A stretch of DNA of 14,960 nt, taken from contig CDMY01000860.1 of NCBI GenBank assembly GCA_001179505.1, positions 1-14,960 on the forward strand. The letters are read 5' to 3'. Source of the stretch: Vitrella brassicaformis CCMP3155. Lineage: Eukaryota > Protista > Chromerida. Both the position numbers and the translations under genes were made by a program. Shown here piece after piece: positions 1-8,119 of this stretch (positions within the stretch are counted from its first letter, which is position 1; every line of letters begins with the position of its first letter). The notes beneath the pieces were generated by a model. The model was not told where the DNA came from, searched no databases, and saw nothing but the letters and a program-made list of their open reading frames with translations.

Positions 1-845
1 AGGGTGGTCAGCCAGCCGGACGTCTTGTACTCGGCGCTGCGGGAGAGGACGCGATGGCGCCGGCGGTCGATGTGCGGCAGGGCGGCCTCCCTCTTGGTCT
101 TGTGGGCGACGTCCTGCTGCTGCTTGCTCCGGGTGAGGGCGTGGCGGATGGTGGCACGATGGTCGCCAGGGTGGAACGGAGCCTTGCCTTGGACGGACTT
201 GGAGACCACCTTGGTGCTCGCGCGGGAAGCGGGGTAGGCGGCTGCGGCACGGTCGAGAGGGTCACGTATGCCGGTGCCGCCATGCCGGGCAGGCAGCAGC
301 ATCAGGTCGACCTCGGACGGCGTCACAGGGCCGCCGAGGAGGGCCGGCAGCAGCTCCTTGGCGATGGCCTCGCGGAGGGGGCTGAGAGCGCACTCGTCGG
401 TGAGCACGACACGAAAGACGTAGTCCCACTCCATCTGCAGAGACCTCGTCATTGCCGCGTGGGCCGTGTGTGGGAAGTTGCGGGCAGCAGACGTGAGCGC
501 GCGCACGCCGCGCACCCACCCCTCGACCTTCTCGCAGAGGAACGCCGCCCTTCCCCCCTCATCGCCCACGTAGCCGCCCAGGAACCTCTTGCCCGTGACG
601 ATCTGCACCCCCTCGGGCTCGAAGAGTTCCCTTGCGATCTGCTCGAGCTCGGGTTTGACGACGAGGAAGGACTTGGCGGTCTCTGGGTGATAGCCGTATG
701 AGGGACCGATGCGACGCAGGGCTCGAAACCACACGAGGATGCCGTGAAGTTTGCCGAGCGCCGACGAGTCATCCGCATACCAGCACTGCCGCAGCGAAGC
801 GCTAGATGAAGAGGCCGACGGGGCTGACGAGGCCGACAAACTCTC
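1..845 (-). mobile_element. 5'-truncated non-LTR retrotransposon of the restriction-like-endonuclease type, most similar to the CRE clade; runs off the left edge
   Basis: Minus-strand translation 782->3 gives WYADDSSALG..LVWFRALRRIGPSYGYHPETAKSFLVVK..GKRFLGGYVG..EKVEGWV..LLPARHGGTGIRDP..TSGWLTT. This contains the RT catalytic YADD motif, the GPxYGY and FLGG motifs, the thumb GGxG motif and the post-RT WL motif I associate with CRE-like RLE elements. No introns, unlike neighbouring host genes. RT motifs upstream of YADD are absent; the 5' junction is approximate (~795-845). Confidence 0.88.
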
Positions 846-986
846 CTCCTCACCAACTCCAACACCTTCTACATCAGAACACACACATACACCCGCACCA
901 TCCCCCTCTGCTTCTGGTGGCGTGTCACTGGCTTCTTCTGGCCTCTCTTGCGCTTCTGATGGCGCGTTTTCGTTCTCGTCCTGCAT
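3..986 (-). CDS. Open-ended ORF (at least 328 codons): acidic low-complexity leader in frame with the C-terminal half of a reverse transcriptase (partial)
   Basis: Hand translation finds no stop from ATG 986 (nearest upstream in-frame stop 1062-1064) to position 3: MQDENENAPSEAQERPEEASDTPPEAEGDG..EEESLSASSAPSASSSSASLRQCWYADD... It is probably absent from the ORF track because it has no stop inside the window. Whether ATG 986 is used is unknown. Confidence 0.55.
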   Translation of the reverse strand, partial: MQDENENAPSEAQERPEEASDTPPEAEGDGAGVCVCSDVEGVGVGEEESLSASSAPSASSSSASLRQCWYADDSSALGKLHGILVWFRALRRIGPSYGYHPETAKSFLVVKPELEQIARELFEPEGVQIVTGKRFLGGYVGDEGGRAAFLCEKVEGWVRGVRALTSAARNFPHTAHAAMTRSLQMEWDYVFRVVLTDECALSPLREAIAKELLPALLGGPVTPSEVDLMLLPARHGGTGIRDPLDRAAAAYPASRASTKVVSKSVQGKAPFHPGDHRATIRHALTRSKQQQDVAHKTKREAALPHIDRRRHRVLSRSAEYKTSGWLTT

Positions 987-1171
987 CACCTCACCTTTTT
1001 GGACTTCTTTGACAGCGGCTCCAGTGCAGTCACAAAACCCTTGCCGTAGGACACCATTGAGTCACTCTACACCCGCCTCACGGCCTTTGAAGACAGATCT
1101 GCGCGTCCAGTGCGAGCTTGAAGTGCGATCGCTTTGTAGTGGAGGCGAACGGAGGGACACGGACGCGAGCA

Positions 1172-3779
1172 ATGGTAAGCAGGGACAACAGGAGGCAGAA
1201 AAGCGAAAGAAAGAGTGAGAAAACCGAAAGAAATGTCTTGCCAATGTCTGCAGGAAGATCCAGGTGCCACTTGGAGGCTCGGGGGTCATTCTCGACTCAA
1301 ACGCCAAAGTGGTAATATGCGTCAGAATAGAAATGTCACCGACTGTCTGTTTGGTGATCCGGGCTCCCTCTTGTCGGTTGATTCAGCCCGCGCCAAGGCC
1401 AAGGTGAAGGCCTCGCAGGGAGAGGCAATGAGTCGGCCAGGTGCATCGAGGCGGGGCCGGGCAGAGGGCCGCTCAGCGGACGGCAACAAGTGTCCTTTGC
1501 TTGGCTGTGTGTCGACGGGCTGCTGCTTTGAAAGCGACAGGCGTAAGCCAAACGCACACGTCAGTGAGTTTGCTTCGCGTCTGTGCGTTCTTTGCTTTGT
1601 GTCCATCTGACTGTCCTGTGTGTGAATTCACTCACGTACATAGATGTGGTCGAGTCGACGGGGGTGAAAGAGACCGGTAAGTGATGAACGACTGAGGCAT
1701 GCACACAACCCCAGCACACGGTGTCCTCATGTACTCTCTGTTACTGTCTGTCTGTCTGCCCTGCCTTCAGCCACGCATACACCCGCAGACATGGACCACC
1801 AGGCAGGTGAGAAGCAGGGGCGATTCGCACGCACACCATACTCACTACTAACACATCGTCTCTTGCTGTGGTCACCTCAGGTAGCGGGCGCAAAGCGCAG
1901 CAGGTCGGGAGCCAGCAGCAGCCGGCGAAGAATGCCGGGGACGAGGACAGCGAGAAGACTGAATCGGACTCAGGTCAGAGCAGCCACGAGGGCATCACGA
2001 CACACTCAGCAAGGCAGGCCTGCTGTCTGCTCGCTGTCCATCGATGGGTTTCCGTGTCATGCAGACGAGGGGAGCGCGAAAAGGGCACAGCCCAGCGGCG
2101 CACAATCCAGCGTCAAGATGGAAGAGCCACCAGAGCCGTCAGCTGACATCTGTACGAACAGCCAGGCAAAGGAACGTGTGTGGTGCGTGACATGACGTTG
2201 GTGTGGTTGTTGTTTGATGCATCAGATGTGGCTGACGAGCATGCCGAGCCGACGCCCTCGGGGACAGCTGACCAGCCGGTGCAGGGGGAGGGAGGGGCAG
2301 GGGCAAGTATTGAGGAGTACCACGCTCAAAACATAGAGGAAGGCTCAGGTGGGGAGCACACGCCACAACATGTCGAAGTGCGTCTGTCTGCACACACTTG
2401 TGATGTTTTGTCTGCACGTGCAGCTGCAGCTGCAGCTGCGGCCAGCGAGACGACCGAAGGCCGCGCCGGGACGAACGAAGGTACCAACACGGACACGCAC
2501 GCACCACGGACGAGCAGAAGAAGGCTGTCCCTCACTGCTGCCTTTGGTGTGACAGCTGCTTCCACAAGCACCGCCCCAATGGCCGTCGACGGTCAGGCAG
2601 GACGAGGCACCAAACGGAAGGCCGGCCAGGCGCTGTTTTCCGATTGGCCACCTCACTTGGTGGGCAATCGAACCGGGAGCAAACCATACGGGCCAAAGCC
2701 AGAAGGGGTGAGTGAGGAAGTGAGGGAGATGACAAATAGCACATTTATTGGAGGCAGGCAGGTAGGGAGGTGATCTGATTCATGTTTGTGTGATTTGTGT
2801 GGAGTGTGTTGGTTCAGTACAGGTCGCTGTTTCTGAAAGACGTCCCTCGGACGGCCTCTGTAGATGACGTCAAGGCGGCACTGAGGTGCCCGGCAGGTGC
2901 GTGGAAAAACAAAGGCCATTACACGCCACACACACCAGATACATCTGTGTGTGTGATGACTTCACTCTGCAGACGACAAGGTCGAGGATATCCTCTTTTT
3001 TTTCGACGAACAGACCAACGAGGTGACGGAAATCACAGCACACAAGTCGGCACGTGGCTCGACCACCACCGCGTCTGCCTGTATGCGTCTCTTCACTCTC
3101 GCTCTCTCTCTCTCTCTCTCCCTCCCTCCCTCCCCGCGTGTGTACGTGTGTGTGTGTGTCAACAGCGCCATGATTTCGCTCTTGTCGACTTTGCGACCGA
3201 GGAGGACTGCATGGACGTCGGTCAAATCGATGATATCACCATCGGCGGACGTCGTATCTGGGTGGGTAGGTTGTCGCAACACCCATGTGTGAGCAATACA
3301 ATATGTGTGGATCGGATTGGCTGCATTCGTTCATGCAGATGCAGTGGGCCAGTTTTCCAAAGCCTGCACCCCGGCGAGCCAATGGTCGAGCACATACACA
3401 CGACACACGCACTTTGCCCGCCAGATGAGCCGCATACCATTCGGTGTGTGCATTCAGCGGCCACCTCAAAGGCGAAAGCGAAGGCTGCAGGTAAGGCCAA
3501 ACCCAAGCCAAAGGCCGAAGCTGCCGCCGAGGGCATCTCAATGGCTGCCGCTCTCCGCACAGGTGCGCACAGTGCAGAGCGCTCTTGAGGACGCCTGCCC
3601 ACCACAATGTGCTGTGCATGCCTCTCTCTACCTCCCTCTGTGTGTGTGTTTGTCAGGCGCCGTTGTCAAGTTTGAGGGCACTCGCAAGAGCTTTGCGGGT
3701 ACACAAGGGGACATCCGGACCAGTGGGTGGGTGAATGGATGGATGGATGGATGTGTTGACGTGAACAGATGACGAGTGA
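1172..3779 (+). CDS. Single-RRM nucleolin/Nsr1/Gar2-like protein, about 374 aa, 17 predicted exons
   Basis: GT-AG model: 1172-1174, 1254-1311, 1387-1440, 1644-1676, 1771-1806, 1881-1973, 2065-2151, 2226-2348, 2424-2480, 2556-2707, 2818-2896, 2973-3022, 3166-3261, 3339-3384, 3458-3562, 3657-3698, 3769-3779 (1125 nt, in frame). Spliced RRM: KPEG-YRSLFLKDVPRTASVDDVKAALRCPADDKVEDILFFFDEQTNERHDFALVDFATEEDCMDVGQIDDITIGGRRIWMQWA (RNP2 LFLKDV, RNP1 HDFALVDF). It ends GAVVKFEGTRKSFADDE*, resembling the Nsr1/Gar2/plant nucleolin C-terminal tail. The 5' exons and the start codon are less certain than the RRM exons. Confidence 0.8.
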
Positions 3780-4476
3780 GCTCCTGGTCAATGGCCTGGC
3801 AGACGGGAGAGCGCACCGTACCACATGTGGGGAAGCTCCTGTCGTGTAGCATGGTGTACAGCCACTTACCTGTATGCCACAGTGGGGCGGGGCGGGTGCA
3901 AGATGGTTTTTATCAACCGAACCACCTGTAGATTAATTACTGAATGAGCCACCTGTGTGCAGGTCCTTTGCCCCCTGGCTTGCGTGATCGTAGTGGAGGG
4001 AGGGACTCACTCGTATGTGTATCATTATTCATCAAATGCTGCTGATGTCATGTGATGTGTGTTTCTTTGTCCACACCAAACTCGAACACGGCACACAGAG
4101 GTCACCGCCCGCCGCCACGGCGCACACAAAACTTCACTTTCTATCATCGATCTGCCATCCATCCATCAGTCGACAAACCATTCATAAACGCACACACCAC
4201 ACGCAGTACTCACTGGAATGAACACAATTCATCCATTTGGTCACGGGGGCAGACACAGCCAGTCTGGCACTGGCAGACAGGCCATCCAGCCATGGAAACT
4301 TACACACGCAGCTGGCTGGTTGTGTGCATTTAAGGCCACCCCGCCCCGCCCCACCCACCCCGCCCCACCCAATTCCATACCATCCGACGCAATGCAACAT
4401 GTCCATCGGCACCGAGCAAAAAAATGTCTAACGTCACTCACGCAGGTATCTGACCCACCCTGAGTCACTCAATCCC

Positions 4477-7355
4477 TCATGAGTCGACTGACAGTAGCTG
4501 CACGTCAAACACCAGATCGGCATTGGCCGGGATGACGGGCGGGTGGCCGGCTTTGCCATACCTGCACAGACAAACAGACAGACAGACAGACAGACCCAGA
4601 CACCCGTTTGGCGGTCGGCCAGTTGGTCTCTGCTGCGTGTATGTGTATGTGTGTGTGTGTGTGTGTGTGTGTTCCGTACGCTAATCGTGAAGGGATCCAG
4701 AGCCGTCGCCTCTCGCCTATGAACATGCCCTTGACCCCGCTATCCACCCCCTTCAGCACCTCATTGCACCCTGCACCAACACACGCACACATCACACATG
4801 CAGTGGAGATGCGGTGCGTGTGTGTAGGTAGGTACCTAGTCTGAAGTCTGTGGTGCCGCCATCGAATTTCTTGCCGCCGATGTTGCCCACATAGCCCATG
4901 AAGCGGATCTTGACCTTGTTGCCCGCCCTGGCCATCTACACACACAACATAAACACAACACACACAGCGATGATGCGATGCCACCCGCAGCACGACACGA
5001 TGGCCGGGCCGCCACCCATCCAGTGTGTGTGTGTGGTGACCTTGTGTCGTCCGCTCCTGAGCACTTCGTACGAGACGCCGCTGAGGAGCGCCCTGCGCAC
5101 ACCCTGGCCGAAGCCCTCATCGGCCTCCAGCGGATAGACTGAGCGAACGAACCACACGAGGACGACAGACAGACAGACAGACAGACAGGCAGGGGCAGAG
5201 CGTGGGGGAGGGCCTCTCTTCGCATGTCTGTGCGGCTGCCTGCACGTACTGCTGAGCTCTGGTTTGATGTGCACTCGTGGTGCGGCCTTGGGTGCCGCCG
5301 CCGAGGCCGAGGCCGAGGCCGAGGCCGAGGCCGCTGCTGCTGCTGCTGCACACAACACATCAAACAAAACAAGAGCAACGAGCAGGCAGAATTGTATGGG
5401 TACACAGACGTGCCTGCCGCAGCTCTTGTCGTCTGCGGCTGGATGGTACCTCGCGGCCTTTCCTCCTCCGATTCGTCCTCTTCCTCGTCGTCATCGTCCT
5501 CGTCATCATCGCTATCCTTGTTGTCTTCTTCCTCCTCGTCCATGGCAGGTGGCTTGGCCTTGGCCTTGGCCTTGGCCTTGGGGGCAGCTGCCCGCCACAC
5601 ACACAACGTAGTCAGTCAGTGTGGACCGAAAGCGCACATGTGGACTGACTGGTCTGCTGCTGTTCCCTCCCTGTGCCTACCTTCCATCTCGTCATCCTCA
5701 TCTGCACAGCCAGTCAGTCAAACCGAGGCGACACACAGCCAGTGTAGTGGGTGAGGCGGTGCTCTCGCAGGTGTGTCGGTGTGGTGTGCTGTGGTGTGGT
5801 GTGCTTACCCTCTTCCTCGTCTTCGTCCTCGTCGCTGTCGATGACCATGGCGGTAGGAGGCTTCGGCTTGGCCTTGGGGACCGCAGCTGCACACACACAC
5901 ACACACATATACACTCACACAGGTGAGTGGGATGGTGTTCGGTGCTCCCACTGATGGTGTGCGCACGCGCGACTTACGTGCGCTCTCCTCTTCTTCCTCG
6001 TCGTCGTCATTCTCGTCCTCGTCTTCATCGCTGTCCACCACGACAGGGCGACCTCTGGCAGCGAGCGGCGCCGTCTTGGGTTTGGGTTTGGGTTTGGCCC
6101 TGCCCTTGGCGCGGGCAATACGCTCTGATGAGAGAAACAGCAGGGCAGTGCAGTGCAAGACAAGGCAGACAGAGTGTATGTGTGTCTGTCTGGTGTGTAC
6201 GTGTGTGTGTGTGTGTGTGTCTGTGTTACCGTCTTCCTCCGAGTCGTCCTCGTCATCTTCCTCCTCCTCTTCGCTGTCCTCCTCCATGGCATCCTGGACA
6301 GTCAGCACAGTGAGGTGACGTGTGTATAGTGCGGTGTGGTGGAGTGGGTAGGCTGGTGGGTGGGAAGAGGTTGGCTCACTCACGTGTTCCTTCTTGACGC
6401 GCACTGGCCCCCACTCCGACACAACCTCCACACCCGGACCCTGGCCCTGGTCGTCGTCATCATCCTCATCCATCTCGTCCTCGTCTTCATCCTCATCTGC
6501 CAGCCAAGAACACAACACACACATTGACACCCACAACCAAGTGCCAGTGCTGCTGGTGTGGCTGCCTCTCTGCAGGGTGTGGTGTGCGCCTCTCTCTGGC
6601 TCACCATCGTCGTCGTCGTCGTCTTGTCGATTTTCCTGTTTGATGCCCAGGATCATCCGCTCCTCGATCACAGCTGCCTCTGCGTTGGTGATCTGCTCTC
6701 GCTTGGTGGGGGGCGCGTCGCGTACGACGCTGCAGCGACGACAGGCAGGCAGGCAGACACGGGGAAAGCGGTGATGGGTGCGGTATGGCATAGCTCTCTC
6801 TCTTTGTCGGTGTGTTGTTCTGTGCGCACGTCTCCATGCATCCCAGCAGGTCGATTTGGGTGTCGGCCGAGGGACCCTCACACGTCAACTCCATCTTCTC
6901 TGCACCACACACACACACAGCCGACATGTGTGTCCATGTCACTCCATCGCGCTGCTCTGGGGTGTGCGAGTGCCAGCCGCACCGCCGCTCGCTACAGAGA
7001 TGCATGTGGCCATAGGCTGGTCTTTGGTGAGCGTCAGGACACGCATGAAGGGGTCGCCTGTCTCTGCCCTGAGCAGCAGGGTGCCGCGCGAACCCTTCTT
7101 GAGGCATGCATGCCTGACACAGAGATCCAGCAACCACAGCCACGACCACAGTGTCACGCGTCTGTGCTGTGAGCAAGCACGGCAGCATCTGTGGCTTCGC
7201 TCACTTGATGGCGAGGTTTCGTCCGTTGAAGGTGTGGATGTTGCGCTTGCCCTTCTGGACGTTGTCGGCTGCACACACACACCAACCAACGAGGCATGCA
7301 CCATTGTGTGGATGCGTCGTCATCCATCTTGCTGACCCCAAAACGCCTTCGGCAT
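4477..7355 (-). CDS. Nucleoplasmin-like (NPL) domain + acidic/basic tracts + C-terminal FKBP-type PPIase domain protein (FKBP53/Fpr3/Fpr4/FKBP39-type nuclear histone chaperone), about 479 aa, 16 exons
   Basis: Exons (minus): 7355-7337, 7268-7205, 7113-6983, 6899-6830, 6729-6605, 6496-6384, 6293-6230, 6124-5978, 5886-5809, 5701-5681, 5587-5450, 5345-5250, 5138-5041, 4935-4836, 4770-4680, 4561-4477; total 1440 nt, all GT-AG and in frame. N-terminus MPKAFW..NLAIKHACL..IDLLGCM is NPL-like. Central D/E tracts alternate with AKPKPK tracts. C-terminus GNKVKIRFMG..KKFD..FRLGCNEVLKGVDSGVKGMFIGERRRLWIPSRLAYGKAGHPPVIPANADLVFDVQLL is a clear FKBP fold. Confidence 0.92.
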
Positions 7356-7739
7356 TTTGACAACCCCCGGTAAGGAACGCAAGAGAGCGGTTTCACGGAA
7401 TGCAGCTGCAGCGGTTTCAGGCAGCACCCTAGATGGCCTGACGGCCAAATCCCCTGTCGGTCTGTCCAACATGAAACAGGCACCCTAACATGCAACCCGG
7501 ACACGCAACACGCAGCACGCAGAGGGCAGATGCAGCAGAGAGGAGGATATGCAATGCGCTGCGAACGACGGCCACATACAAGCAGGCACACAGCGTCGCA
7601 CACACGCCACCCCAGCAGCAGCTTGAAGGCGGCGTGCGTGCGTGCGTCAGGCACCATGACTCCATACGTAGATACCGCCCATCCCCAGGTGGCCAGCCAG
7701 TGCAGATCGCCTAGTCAGACACAAACACGCCCTTATAAC

Positions 7740-7843
7740 AACCACGCACGGAGTGCTGGGGGTGCATGAGAGCGCACCGCCGCCCTCTCCAGGGCGGAGA
7801 GGGGCGGCAGGTGGCCGACCCACAGACACCCCCAGTGCACGCC
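7740..7843 (+). repeat. Left copy of a 104-bp inverted repeat (partner 14857-14960); GC-rich and self-complementary
   Basis: aaccacgcacggagtgctgggggtgc...cccccagtgcacgcc equals the reverse complement of 14857-14960 except at 7822 (A versus G). Confidence 0.95.
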
Positions 7844-8003
7844 CATACACATATCACCGCCGGGATAAGTAGGGAGGTGCGGCAGCTCGCGCTGAGGAGG
7901 ACGATCGAATGTGTGGCCCTTTTGTGCTTCTTTCTGCTGTGTGGCTGCAGATCTGGACCTACAGTGCTTCAGCAGCCATTGACAAATATTCTCGTCAAGC
8001 TTC

Positions 8004-8063
8004 GAGCAGAAACAAGAGCAGAAAAGCTGCCAAGTCAAGAGAGCGGTGCTCTTGTTTCTGCTC
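8004..8063. repeat. Perfect 17-bp inverted repeat with a 26-nt spacer (hairpin)
   Basis: gagcagaaacaagagca (8004-8020) is the exact reverse complement of tgctcttgtttctgctc (8047-8063). Confidence 0.9.
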
Positions 8064-8119
8064 CAACAGACATCGGTTGCACCAACATGAGACCTCTCCG
8101 TGTCATGGCCCAGGACGGC

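Noticed and set aside
54-701. 215-aa plus-strand ORF (also 751-1218 and 449-865)
   Set aside because: Antisense or off-frame shadows of the GC-rich reverse-transcriptase frame; no independent motifs.
3864-3872. ACTTACCTG resembling the U1 snRNA 5' end
   Set aside because: No U1 stem-loops or Sm site follow; better explained as a minus-strand CAG|GTAAGT donor.
5224-6774. Plus-strand poly-Ser/Leu-Ala ORFs (5224-5754, 5923-6318, 6394-6774)
   Set aside because: Antisense readings of the Asp/Glu and Lys-Ala/Pro codon runs of the FKBP gene.
7102-7115. 14-bp palindrome aggcatgcatgcct, similar to the ApiAP2-bound TGCATGCA motif
   Set aside because: It lies in an FKBP coding exon and acceptor site, is not an exact motif match, and GCAT repeats are self-complementary and common here.
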